DNA from: Vulcanimicrobiota bacterium
GTDB lineage: Bacteria > Vulcanimicrobiota > Vulcanimicrobiia > Vulcanimicrobiales > Vulcanimicrobiaceae
Assembly (NCBI GenBank): GCA_963695225.1
Contig: OY968762.1
Coordinates: 192,001 to 256,000, forward strand
Reading direction: 5' to 3'
Length of the DNA stretch: 64,000 bases
Shown piece after piece: positions 29,716 through 38,728 of the stretch. The notes beneath the pieces were generated by a model. That model did no database searches. It was not told the origin of the DNA and saw only the letters and a list, made by a program, of their open reading frames with translations. Position 1 is the first letter of the stretch. Every line of letters begins with the position of its first letter. Position numbers and translations under genes: made by a program.

Positions 29716-30536
29716 GCGAGATCGACACCGCCCCCGCTGCAGCCCTTGTCCTGCGCCGAACGTACAACGCACCGCGCGAACGCGTGTTCAGTGCTTGGAC
29801 GCAACCCGAGATCATGCGTCGCTGGATGTGTCCGGCAGACACGACCATCTCCGAGATCGCATTCGAGGCGCAAACCGGTGCGCCGTACCGGATCGTCATG
29901 CTTGCCGGCGACGGCGAACGATTCGTCGTTCGCGGTTCGATCCGCGAGCTTCGCGCTCCCGAGCGCCTCTCGCTGACCTGGCAGTGGGAGGACGACGAGG
30001 GCAATCTCGAGGGGAACGAGACGATTCTCACGCTCGATTTTCGCGCGAGCGGCAACGAGACCGAATTGGTGCTCACGCACGAGAATTTCACCGGCGACGA
30101 GCAGCGCGGACGGCACGCAGAAGGCTGGACGTCGGCGCTCGAAAAGCTGCCGACGGCGTTGCGCGCCTTCAGCATCACCGGCATCGATTTGAGCGGCTTC
30201 ATGGTCAAGGATGCGCCGCGCGCGATCGCGTTCTATCGCGACGTCCTCGGCCTCGAACCGGCGCTCGTATATTCCGGCGACCGCGGCGCCGAGTACGAAC
30301 TCGCCGACGGAACGACGTTCGGCTTATGGGGCGGCGGGGAGGCCGTGATGCCGTTCCAGCCCAGCAACGGCATCCTCTTCGCGGTCACCGACTTCGATGC
30401 CGCGGTTGCGGAGCTGGAGGCGCGCGGTATTCCGCTTCTCATGCGCTTCGAAACGCCCGTTTGTTTCATGGCGGCGATTGCCGACACGGAAGGCAACACC
30501 ATCATGCTCCACAAGCGAAAGGCCGGCACGAACTAA
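29712..30536 (+). CDS. SRPBCC/AHSA1 domain fused to VOC (glyoxalase) domain
   Basis: APRERVFSAWT...HAEGW then AIAFYRDVLGL...DTEGNTIMLH. Confidence 0.88.
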   Translation: MSEIDTAPAAALVLRRTYNAPRERVFSAWTQPEIMRRWMCPADTTISEIAFEAQTGAPYRIVMLAGDGERFVVRGSIRELRAPERLSLTWQWEDDEGNLEGNETILTLDFRASGNETELVLTHENFTGDEQRGRHAEGWTSALEKLPTALRAFSITGIDLSGFMVKDAPRAIAFYRDVLGLEPALVYSGDRGAEYELADGTTFGLWGGGEAVMPFQPSNGILFAVTDFDAAVAELEARGIPLLMRFETPVCFMAAIADTEGNTIMLHKRKAGTN

Positions 30537-30701
30537 ACGGCTCGGCCGAGTCGAGATCGTTAGCGCGTGCAGCCGGTACTGCTGCTCCGTGGAGCAACGC
30601 GAACGTGAGTCTGCCGAGTCCGCAGCCGATCGAAGAGACGCTTTTCGGACGGCGGCTTCGGTATGCTGAGCGCCCCCGAGGACTGGCTGAAGGAGAACGC
30701 G

Positions 30702-32219
30702 ATGGGTTGGGCTCCAAACTGGGTCGGCGTCAGCGGCGGCGTTGCGGCGCCGGGAACCTCCATCACTTCGATCGCTCGCTATCCGCAGCATCTCGACGTC
30801 TTCTGCGTCGGCACCGATAACGGGATCTACAGCGCGTGGTGGGATATCGCGACGGGCTGGTCCGCGTGGTTCAAGGTCGCGGGCGGCGTCGCGGCCCCGG
30901 GCACGACGATCACGGTCGTCGCCCGCAACCCGAATCATCTCGACCTCTTCGCCGTGGGGTCGGATCACGGCGTTTACAGCATCTGGTGGGACGCGAACGG
31001 CGGCTGGGCTCACAGTTGGTTCCGGGTCTCGAACCTCACCGCGGCCCCCGGCACGTCGGTTGCGGCGATCGCCCGCAACCCAAACCACCTCGACCTGTTC
31101 GCGGTCGGCGCGGACATGCGGATCTCCAGCATCTGGTGGGACGCGAACGGCGGCTGGGCCGCGAACTGGTTCAACGTGAGCGGCGGAATCGCCGCACCGG
31201 GCAGCTCGATCGCGGCGCTGACCCGCAATCCCAGCCATATCGACCTTTTCGCCGTCGGATCGGACCACGGCATCTACAGCACGTGGTGGGACGCGAGCAG
31301 CGGCTGGGCCGGCTGGTTTCGCGTCGCGGGCGGAGCAGCCGCGCCGAATACCTCGATCGCAGCGGTCGCGCGCTACCCCACGCACATCGACCTCTTCGCC
31401 GTCGGCACGGACCATCGAATCTACAGCATTTGGTGGGATGCGAACGGCGGCTGGGCGTCGAGCTGGTTCAACGTCAGCGGCGGCATTGCAGCGCCCAACA
31501 CGTCGATCAGCGTCGTGTCCCGCTATCCCAACCATCTCGACGTGTTCGCGGTCGGAACGAATCACGGCATCTTCAGCACGTGGTGGGACGCGAGCAGCGG
31601 ATGGGCTTCGTGGTTTCAGATCGCCGGCGGGGTCGCGGCTGCGAACACGTCGATCAACGCGCTCAGCCGCTATCCGGATATCCTCGACGTGTTCGTCGTG
31701 GGGACGGATCAGCACGTCGATACGATCTGGTGGCTCGACGAAATGTATTTCTCGATGCAGCACCAGCAGCAATCGAATTGGTGCTGGGCGGCGACCGCGA
31801 CCAGCGTCGCGCTGTTCTATAAGCCGTCGAGCGGCTGGACGCAGTGCCTGGTCGCCAACGGCGAGCTCGGCCGAACCGACTGCTGCGGTGCCGGGGCTTC
31901 AGGTGCGTGCAATGTCTACGGTTTTCTCGACCAAGCACTCACCGTCGTCGGCCACTTCGACCATTGGGTCGGCAGCGTCGCCAGCACCGCGCAGATCGAG
32001 ACCGAAGTAACTTTCGCACGCCCGTTGGGCATTCGGGTCGCTTGGTCGGGCGGCGGCGCGCACTTCCTGTGCATCATGGGGCAATACGGCGCGGGCGGCG
32101 TCGATTACGTGACCGTCGACGACCCGATCTACGGCCGCTCGGACGTGAACTACACGACGTTGAAGACTGCATATCAGGGCAGCGGGACCTGGACCCACAC
32201 CTACTACACCAAGTATTAA
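30702..32219 (+). CDS. Seven-repeat Trp-rich beta-propeller (PLL/fucose-lectin-like) fused to papain-like cysteine protease
   Basis: 7 repeats of ~49 aa; QQQSNWCWAA, GAHF, VDDP; AAGGAG RBS before ATG 30702. Confidence 0.88.
   Translation: MGWAPNWVGVSGGVAAPGTSITSIARYPQHLDVFCVGTDNGIYSAWWDIATGWSAWFKVAGGVAAPGTTITVVARNPNHLDLFAVGSDHGVYSIWWDANGGWAHSWFRVSNLTAAPGTSVAAIARNPNHLDLFAVGADMRISSIWWDANGGWAANWFNVSGGIAAPGSSIAALTRNPSHIDLFAVGSDHGIYSTWWDASSGWAGWFRVAGGAAAPNTSIAAVARYPTHIDLFAVGTDHRIYSIWWDANGGWASSWFNVSGGIAAPNTSISVVSRYPNHLDVFAVGTNHGIFSTWWDASSGWASWFQIAGGVAAANTSINALSRYPDILDVFVVGTDQHVDTIWWLDEMYFSMQHQQQSNWCWAATATSVALFYKPSSGWTQCLVANGELGRTDCCGAGASGACNVYGFLDQALTVVGHFDHWVGSVASTAQIETEVTFARPLGIRVAWSGGGAHFLCIMGQYGAGGVDYVTVDDPIYGRSDVNYTTLKTAYQGSGTWTHTYYTKY
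30720..31735 (+). repeat. Seven ~147-150 bp coding repeats
   Basis: Recurrent CACCTCGACCTSTTCGCSGTCGG and TGGTGGGACGCGA..GGCTGGGC blocks. Confidence 0.9.
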
Positions 32220-32228
32220 GGAGCAACG

Positions 32229-32825
32229 ATGCCGCTTCTCGCTCCGGAACCGCCCCGCCAAGCCGCCGATGCCGTGCACCAGACGTTCCAGGCCTTCGCC
32301 GCGAACGGAACCTTCAGAACGCCCGCGCTGCGCAGGGCGACCGGGCCGCTTGCACTCACGGAACCGCACCAGGTCTTCACGTTGGGGCTCGCCGACGTGA
32401 TTGCCGGGAGCGGCTTGGCTGCGGCCAAACCGGCCGGTTGGCGCTATCTCGTGAAAGACGGAGAGAACGTTCTCGCCTCCGCCGAGACGGCGATGGGCCC
32501 GACGGCCGGCGAGCACGTCTTCTCGGCATTCAATGAAAGCCGGTTCGTTGCCGCGACCGCGGAGGCGATCGGAACGGCTCGAGCGCTCCCGGAGGTCGCG
32601 AAGGGCAGCTTCGAACTGCGCTACCTCCAGGTCCCCGGCTTGTACGTGTCGGCGCTCTGGCTCCACAATACCGGCGGCGGCGGCGACCTGCTGGTGCCGC
32701 TGGCACCGTCGCCCCTGGACACGCCGGCGGGCGTGCCGGTTCCCGCCGCGCAATTCCTTGAGGAACTCGCGTCCAAGGCGAAGACGGCATCAGCGGTCGG
32801 CCCCGCCGATCGCAGCGGCGGTTGA
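32229..32825 (+). CDS. Hypothetical protein, co-transcribed partner of the papain-like protease
   Basis: AAGGAG RBS overlapping the protease stop; GWRYLV and FELRYLQVPGLYVSALWL motifs. Confidence 0.8.
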   Translation: MPLLAPEPPRQAADAVHQTFQAFAANGTFRTPALRRATGPLALTEPHQVFTLGLADVIAGSGLAAAKPAGWRYLVKDGENVLASAETAMGPTAGEHVFSAFNESRFVAATAEAIGTARALPEVAKGSFELRYLQVPGLYVSALWLHNTGGGGDLLVPLAPSPLDTPAGVPVPAAQFLEELASKAKTASAVGPADRSGG

Positions 32826-32846
32826 GCGCGGACGCGCCTGCGGGGG

Positions 32847-33239
32847 CTATCCAGCGGCGAGGCGGGCGAGCGCTACTCCGGCTAAGGCTGCGATGACGCC
32901 GAGGACGATGCTGCCGGCGGCGTAGGCGGTTGCGAGGCCGGGGGCTCCGTCTTGGATCAGCGTCAGCGACTCGAACGCGAAGCTCGAGAACGTCGTGAAG
33001 CCGCCGAGGATGCCGACGGCGAGGAACGTCCGGAGTTCGGGCGTCACCCCGAGGGCGCGCGTCTGGCCGAGCTCGATCACAATGCCGATCAGGAAGCTGC
33101 CGAGCACGTTGATGGCGAGCGTTCCGTAGGGGAAGCCCGGGCCGAAGCGCTGGACGGCGACGACCTGGACGATGTAGCGGAGGACGGACCCGAGCGCGCC
33201 GCCGAGCGCGACCGCGGTGGCCGAGCGCCAGTCGATCAG
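32847..33239 (-). CDS. crcB: Fluoride channel CrcB/Fluc
   Basis: GGALGSVLRY, FPYGTLAINVLGSF, GGFTTFSSF; the homologous frame extends to a CTG at 33239. Confidence 0.93.
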   Translation of the reverse strand: MIDWRSATAVALGGALGSVLRYIVQVVAVQRFGPGFPYGTLAINVLGSFLIGIVIELGQTRALGVTPELRTFLAVGILGGFTTFSSFAFESLTLIQDGAPGLATAYAAGSIVLGVIAALAGVALARLAAG

Positions 33240-33592
33240 GTGGCGCCCCCCTTGCCGGAGCGCTCTTTTCGATAGCGGATGATCTCGACGTTTTCTAGCG
33301 TGACGAGGCCTTCGGGGATCATCGCGTCGAGCGTCGGCATCACGTCGCGGATGCGTTCCTCGCTATCGACGACCTCGATGAGAACCGGGAGGTCGGCTGC
33401 GATGTCGACGACGCGCGCCGCGTGGAGGACCGAGTGGCTCCCGTAGCTCTCGATGCCCTTGAAGACGGTCGCTCCGGAGACCCCGGCAGCGCGCAGCTTT
33501 TGCACGATCGCCGTATAAAGAGGTTGCCCCTCCCAGCGATCGCGCTCCCCCACGAAGATCCGTAGCAGCTTCCCGGTGGAAGGCGTCTTCAC
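33236..33592 (-). CDS. DUF190 (PII-like) protein
   Basis: LLRIFVGE, GATVFKGI, DLPVLIEVVDSEE; adjacent to crcB. Confidence 0.9.
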   Translation of the reverse strand: MKTPSTGKLLRIFVGERDRWEGQPLYTAIVQKLRAAGVSGATVFKGIESYGSHSVLHAARVVDIAADLPVLIEVVDSEERIRDVMPTLDAMIPEGLVTLENVEIIRYRKERSGKGGAT

Positions 33593-33609
33593 GGTCGCTC
33601 ACCTTTCCG

Positions 33610-33638
33610 TTTACAGGCTCGGGGTCCTATGGTATCAT
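33610..33638 (+). promoter_or_regulatory. Sigma-70 promoter for rpmG-trnW-secE-nusG
   Basis: TTTACA-17 bp-TATCAT with extended TG. Confidence 0.6.
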
Positions 33639-33716
33639 CTGGACTTGAACGGGCCGCGCGTCCGTTTCTTTTGTGTTTTGAGGGCGCTCCGGCGGCCGGG
33701 ATAGATTTGAAGCGAG

Positions 33717-33881
33717 ATGGCGAAAAAAGAGAACCGGGTCATGGTGGTGCTGGCCTGTACGGCGTGCAAGCGGCGCAACTACAACAGCCAGAAGAACCGG
33801 CAGCACAACAGCGACCGGCTCGAATTGAGCAAGTACTGCCGTTTCTGCCGTTGTCACAAACCCCATAAGGAAACGAAGTAA
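33717..33881 (+). CDS. rpmG: 50S ribosomal protein L33 (zinc-ribbon C+ form)
   Basis: [22 protein letters not shown]...[20 protein letters not shown]; 54 aa, below the ORF-track cutoff. Confidence 0.96.
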   Translation: MAKKENRVMVVLACTACKRRNYNSQKNRQHNSDRLELSKYCRFCRCHKPHKETK

Positions 33882-33895
33882 TCGTACCGGACCTT

Positions 33896-33971
33896 AGGGC
33901 GGTAGCTCAATTGGTAGAGTTGCGGTCTCCAAAACCGTCGGTTGCAGGTTCGAGTCCTGTCCGCCCTGCCA
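33896..33971 (+). tRNA. trnW: tRNA-Trp(CCA)
   Basis: 76-nt cloverleaf, AGGGCGG/CCGCCCT acceptor stem, anticodon loop CTCCAAA, GGTTCGAGTCC, encoded CCA. Confidence 0.97.
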
Positions 33972-33999
33972 GAATCTTTCGAGGAGCGCTACGGAGCAG

Positions 34000-34272
34000 A
34001 TGAGCAGGCCTACGAGTGGAGGCGGAACCACGACGCGTCAGGGAGCGACGCCGCCGCGCGCGAGCGCGCCGGTGGACCGTGAACAGCGCGCCGCGAACGC
34101 CAAGGCATTCATCGACGGCCTCAGTTCGGAGATGCGCCGCGTCACGTGGCCGTCCCGGCCGGAGTGGGTCTCGGCGACGGTCCTGACGGTCGTGCTCGTC
34201 GTCGTGGTCGCCATCTTCACGTATTCGATCGACTTGCTCTTCGGCCAGCTCTTCGGCCTCGTGCGGCACTAG
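34000..34272 (+). CDS. secE: Preprotein translocase SecE
   Basis: EMRRVTWPS plus TM; synteny. Confidence 0.95.
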   Translation: MSRPTSGGGTTTRQGATPPRASAPVDREQRAANAKAFIDGLSSEMRRVTWPSRPEWVSATVLTVVLVVVVAIFTYSIDLLFGQLFGLVRH

Positions 34273-34282
34273 GAGAGCGTTC

Positions 34283-34855
34283 GTGAGCGATCCAGTCAGC
34301 GTCACAACCGGCAAAGCGGCCGAGCGCCGGAAATGGTACGTGATCCACACGTACTCCGGCTACGAGAACAAGGTCAAGGCGAATCTCGAACGCCGCATCC
34401 ATTCGATGAACATGACGGACAAGATCTTCCGCGTGCTCGTCCCGATGGAAGACGAAGTCGAGTTCAAAGACGGCAAACGGAAGATCACGCCGAAGAAGGT
34501 GTTCCCGGGCTACGTGCTCGTCGAGATGGACATGGACGATTCGTCCTGGTTCGTCGTCCGTAACACGTCGGGCGTCACGGGCTTCGTCGGTTCGCCGGGG
34601 TCGGGCGAGAAGCCGGTCCCGCTGCAGGAAAAAGAAGTGAAGACGATCCTCAAGCAGATGGGCATCGAGACGCCGAAGCTGAAGATCGATTTCGCGAAGG
34701 GCGATCGCGTGAAGGTGACGAGCGGTCCGTTCTTCGACTTCACCGGCGTCGTCGACGAGATCCAGCCGGAAAAGGAAAAGGTTCGCGCGCTCATCTCGAT
34801 CTTCGGGCGGGAGACGCCGGTCGAACTCGAGTTCTACCAGATCGAGAAGGTCTAG
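34283..34855 (+). CDS. nusG: Transcription factor NusG
   Basis: WYVIHTYSGYE, FPGYVLV, KOW domain, IFGRETPVEL. Confidence 0.97.
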   Translation: MSDPVSVTTGKAAERRKWYVIHTYSGYENKVKANLERRIHSMNMTDKIFRVLVPMEDEVEFKDGKRKITPKKVFPGYVLVEMDMDDSSWFVVRNTSGVTGFVGSPGSGEKPVPLQEKEVKTILKQMGIETPKLKIDFAKGDRVKVTSGPFFDFTGVVDEIQPEKEKVRALISIFGRETPVELEFYQIEKV

Positions 34856-34874
34856 CGGGCGTTTCGCGCGCCGG

Positions 34875-35894
34875 TTATTTCCAGCGCAGCACTTTCGCAA
34901 TCATCTCGGAGCGGTTGCGCGTGCCGGTCTTGCGCAGCAGGTTCTTGATGTGGTCCTGCACCGTCGTCGGAGCGATGTGAAGCCGCTTTCCGACATCGCC
35001 GATGTGCGCGCCGTCCAGGAGCAGCGCGAGGACTTGGATTTCGCGCGGCGAGATCCGGAAGTGGTCCGCGGCGGGCGCGAGAGGATCGCGCGTGCTGAAC
35101 CGTTCGATCGAGACCCCGATGAACAGGCCCGCGGGCCCGGAGAGCGGTTGGGTCCGCACGACGAGGAAAGGCACCGGTTGTGCCAAGCCGCGCTGCTGCG
35201 TCGCCGCTTCGTCCGTCCAGGTTGACGTCAGCTCGCGAATCGCCTCTTCGAGGATCAACGGGAGGCGGTGCTCCAAGCGCGCGTGCAACGGCGTCAGCGC
35301 GACGTGCCGCTCCGCCTCCGAGGAGAACGCGAGCACGATCTGCAGTTCTTGGTTGAGGACATAGAACTCCGAATCGGCGTCCCGGCCCTCGAGCGGCCGT
35401 TGAGGATGACCCTCGACGTGGAATCCCGCGAGCGCGTCTCCGCTCGATTCGAGGAATTGTAACGCCGAGAAACGCTCCGACGCCGCGTCGAGCGCGAATG
35501 CGAGCATCCGAATCTCGCTCGAGGAAAACGGGCCGAGTTCGGCGGTGCGCAGCAGCATGAGGACCCCGAAGTTCGTCCGGGTGTCGGCGAATAGCAGCGT
35601 GAGGCCACTGACGTAGGGGGAGGGCATCGCCGTCGTTGGGTTGACGCTCCGGCCAAGAACTTGCCGGCGTTGGACGACGAACTCTCGCTTCAGCCGCCGG
35701 AAGTCGGCTCGGTCGCTCGTCGATGAGAGCAACTGGTCGGTGTTTCCGTCCCCTTTGAAGCGGGCGAAGCTCCAATGCGATACCGGCACAATCCGAAGGA
35801 TCGTCGCGATGATGGCGCGAGCGGGATCGTCTTCCGGGAGTTCGCCAATCGACGCATACGACTCGCCGCCGACGTTGGGATCGAAATCCGACAT
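34875..35894 (-). CDS. LuxR-family HTH regulator with N-terminal sensory region
   Basis: ISPREIQVL...TVQDHIKNLLRKTGTRNR. Confidence 0.88.
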   Translation of the reverse strand: MSDFDPNVGGESYASIGELPEDDPARAIIATILRIVPVSHWSFARFKGDGNTDQLLSSTSDRADFRRLKREFVVQRRQVLGRSVNPTTAMPSPYVSGLTLLFADTRTNFGVLMLLRTAELGPFSSSEIRMLAFALDAASERFSALQFLESSGDALAGFHVEGHPQRPLEGRDADSEFYVLNQELQIVLAFSSEAERHVALTPLHARLEHRLPLILEEAIRELTSTWTDEAATQQRGLAQPVPFLVVRTQPLSGPAGLFIGVSIERFSTRDPLAPAADHFRISPREIQVLALLLDGAHIGDVGKRLHIAPTTVQDHIKNLLRKTGTRNRSEMIAKVLRWK

Positions 35895-36068
35895 GCGCTG
35901 ATGCTGTGCCTTCCCCCCCCCGATTGCACGATATCGGGAAGGCGGGGACCGTGGTATCGTAGCTACAGAGCTTAGCGGGGAGCGAGATTCTCTCCTCGCG
36001 GCGAGGCGAGGCGACGGCGCACACGTTGCGACCGTCCGTTTCTCCGGAAAGGGGCGCGGATGTCACAA

Positions 36069-36455
36069 ATGCGTTCGTGCATCGCGGGTGTTTACCCGAG
36101 CAGCGTTCCGCTTCTGACCGCAGCGCTGTCGGCGGTCGGCTTCCCTTTGCCGATCGTGCTCGGCCGTCTGAACGTCACGGAGTTGGGACTGAACGTTCCC
36201 GACGTGCTCATCATCGATATCGACTCGACCGAGCTCGACGCGATGGAGCTGCTCCGTATGACGCGCTTCGTCTTGCGCGCGTGCGTCATCGTCGTCTACA
36301 CCAATAAGTCGAGCCAGACCTGGGCCCTTGAATGCCATATCGCTGGGGCAAACTGCATCTTATCCAAGGGGAGCGACGAATCTGGGCTCGTGGCCGGCCT
36401 GACGCACACGTTTGCGACGGGGTGCTTCACGGACCCGAGCATCGTCGCCGCCTGA
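36069..36455 (+). CDS. Atypical stand-alone receiver-like protein
   Basis: PDVLIIDID, IVVYT, AGANCILSK; lacks the N-terminal acidic pair. Confidence 0.7.
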   Translation: MRSCIAGVYPSSVPLLTAALSAVGFPLPIVLGRLNVTELGLNVPDVLIIDIDSTELDAMELLRMTRFVLRACVIVVYTNKSSQTWALECHIAGANCILSKGSDESGLVAGLTHTFATGCFTDPSIVAA

Positions 36456-36478
36456 CGCTTCTTGAAAGGCCCGCCATT

Positions 36479-36898
36479 ATGCTGATGAATTTCGAGCCGT
36501 TGGGAGACCTCGGGCAGGACTGCGTCGTCCACGTCCTCGGCGAGTGCGATTTCGCGGACAGCGGTGAGCTCGAGAGCGCGTTGAGAACCGCGGCCCGCGA
36601 GACCGGCGGCGTGTTGATCGCGTCGTTCGTCGATTGCTCGTTCGCCGATTGCGCGTGCCTGGGCGCGCTGATCCGCCAGTACCGAGAGCTGGGCTCGCGC
36701 CTGATGATCGTCGCGCCCCCGAAATGCGGCTTCCGGCGCGTTCTCGAGTTGACGAAGATGCGCCATGCGTTGCCGGTCTTCGACGACTTTGGCCGCAGCC
36801 TTCGCGCTCGCGCCGTCGCGCGAGCCGGCATGCGGGAGCCTCGCCTGCGCGCTACCCTGGAAGGTGGCCTAGGAGCGCTCAGTCCGCCGTCCGGATGA
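36479..36898 (+). CDS. STAS / anti-sigma factor antagonist-like protein
   Basis: VVHVLGECDF, CSFADCACLGALI, RRVLELT. Confidence 0.75.
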   Translation: MLMNFEPLGDLGQDCVVHVLGECDFADSGELESALRTAARETGGVLIASFVDCSFADCACLGALIRQYRELGSRLMIVAPPKCGFRRVLELTKMRHALPVFDDFGRSLRARAVARAGMREPRLRATLEGGLGALSPPSG

Positions 36899-38153
36899 AC
36901 GTGTCCCACCACCACACGCCCCACGTGCCGACCAGGGACGAATAGACGATCAGCCCCGCGCCCCAGCGCGGGACTGCGTCTTTCACGGCGAGACCCATCA
37001 GGAGGAAGAGGAACGGCTCGAAATCGAGGGCGTGCCGCATCCCGAACTGGTACCAGCCGTTGAGGTAGTACAGGAACGACGGGCCGGCGACGAGCGCGAC
37101 CGTCACCCACAGCGCCACGACGAGCTTGCGCGGCTCGCGCGCCAAGAACGCGAGGATCAGCGCGGGGCTCGTGAACGTCAGCGCCACGCCGCGGACGTCG
37201 ACCTTGAAGTACGGCCACTGTGGAACTTGCAGCCACTCGACGTAGACCGGGGCCTGGATGAAGAAGCTGTAGATCTGGTACGGCAGGTAGCGCAGCCCGA
37301 ACGGCGAGCCGGAGGTCGAACCGTAGGAATCCTGGTGGTAGTAGAGCGTGTGCCCGATGTCGACGGGCGTCCCCCACATCGCTTCGTTGTAGGCGACCCA
37401 GGCGACCGCGCCGGCCGCTAGGACGGCGCCGAACGAGATCAGCTCGCGCGGTTTGCGCTCGCCGCCGGCGAGGGCTCCGTCCCGGAGCAGCCAGGCGTAG
37501 AACGGGAGCGCGAGCGCCAGCGTGAAGCGGCTCTCGAAGGCGCAGAAGGCCAAGAGCGCGACGAGCCAGCCGCGCCGCCGTCCGCCGAGTTCCAGCAGGG
37601 CGAGGAACGTGAAGAAGAGCGCCGAGATGTGGGCGAGGAACCACACGTCGCCGAGCATCGCGCACCACCACAGGTCGGTCCCGGCGAAGAGGAACAGCGT
37701 GAGCCAGGCGCGCGGTGCGAACGCCACGCCGAGCCGGGCCAGCAGCACCCAGCCGAGTGCCAGCGATGCGGCGCAGAGCGCGATCGCGACCCACGTCTGG
37801 TTCGCGTCGAGACCTTTCCAGAGGACGAGCGGGAGCATCAGGACCGCCGGCATCGGACCGTCTACGCCGTAGTAGTGGTCCTTGTAGAGCACGGCGTCCA
37901 TCCACTTCCCGGGATAGTCCATCCACATCCGGCCGTGCAGCCAGGCGTACGCGACCCGGACGTAGTTGTTGAAGGCCGTCGAGCGGCCGTGCGAGGCGAT
38001 CAGGAGCGGGGCGAGCGAGAGGAGCGCGGCGGCAAGGCCCTGCACGGCGTGATTGTGCGCAAGCCCCCGCGAGCCCGCGTCCCACGTGGGCGAGGCTGTT
38101 TCACTCGGTGCGGTAATCGATGCACCGGCAGTCGGCATTGCGTAGCGCTTCAT
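36879..38153 (-). CDS. Polytopic membrane protein, GT-C glycosyltransferase-like
   Basis: About 10 hydrophobic helices; AWLHGR, GWYQFGMRHALD. Confidence 0.7.
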   Translation of the reverse strand: MKRYAMPTAGASITAPSETASPTWDAGSRGLAHNHAVQGLAAALLSLAPLLIASHGRSTAFNNYVRVAYAWLHGRMWMDYPGKWMDAVLYKDHYYGVDGPMPAVLMLPLVLWKGLDANQTWVAIALCAASLALGWVLLARLGVAFAPRAWLTLFLFAGTDLWWCAMLGDVWFLAHISALFFTFLALLELGGRRRGWLVALLAFCAFESRFTLALALPFYAWLLRDGALAGGERKPRELISFGAVLAAGAVAWVAYNEAMWGTPVDIGHTLYYHQDSYGSTSGSPFGLRYLPYQIYSFFIQAPVYVEWLQVPQWPYFKVDVRGVALTFTSPALILAFLAREPRKLVVALWVTVALVAGPSFLYYLNGWYQFGMRHALDFEPFLFLLMGLAVKDAVPRWGAGLIVYSSLVGTWGVWWWDTFIRTAD

Positions 38154-38182
38154 TCCCTGTCGCGGCGTCCCTCCTCGGCGTA

Positions 38183-38211
38183 TTCACGGATTGCGGCGGA
38201 CATGCTATACT
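38183..38211 (+). promoter_or_regulatory. Sigma-70 promoter for rplK-rplA
   Basis: TTCACG-17 bp-TATACT with extended TG. Confidence 0.55.
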
Positions 38212-38305
38212 CCCGGGGTTGCGTCGATGAGGCCCTACCCCGGCCCGACGCCGTTTACGAGGGGGAGAGGTTGCCCGCCGGGGCCGCCATCGTCAGGAGA
38301 ATTTC

Positions 38306-38728
38306 GTGGCTAAGAAAGTCGTCGGCAAGATCGGCCTTGCGCTGAACGCCGGCAAAGCGACGCCGGCACCGCCGGTCGGCCCCGCGCTTGGGCCGTACTC
38401 GCTGAACATCATGGATTTCTGCAAGCAGTACAACGAGCGCACGAAGAACGACGTCGGGATGGTGATCCCGGTCGAGATCACGGTCTTCGAGGATCGGACG
38501 TTCACGTTCGTCACGAAGACGCCGCCGGCGTCGTTTTTGATCAAGAAGGCGCTCGGCCTCGAGTCGGGCTCGGCGATTCCGAACCGCACGAAGGTCGGCA
38601 AGCTCTCGCAAGCGCAGCTCGAGGAGATCGCCAAGACGAAGATGCCGGATCTCAACGCGAACGATCTCGAGATGGCCAAGCGCATCGTCGCCGGCACCGC
38701 GCGCTCCATGGGCGTGGAGGTCGCATAA
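38306..38728 (+). CDS. rplK: 50S ribosomal protein L11
   Basis: [22 protein letters not shown]. Confidence 0.98.
   Translation: MAKKVVGKIGLALNAGKATPAPPVGPALGPYSLNIMDFCKQYNERTKNDVGMVIPVEITVFEDRTFTFVTKTPPASFLIKKALGLESGSAIPNRTKVGKLSQAQLEEIAKTKMPDLNANDLEMAKRIVAGTARSMGVEVA

Noticed and set aside
30720..31735. CRISPR or other non-coding repeat array
   Set aside because: Repeats are degenerate, in-frame coding propeller blades
33593..33716. Fluoride riboswitch upstream of DUF190-crcB
   Set aside because: No GGCGATGG..TTCGCC / TGATG..CCTAC-type consensus on the minus strand
33896..33971. tRNA-Trp as integration site of the accessory region
   Set aside because: tRNA is in its normal rpmG-secE context and I saw no duplicated 3' end
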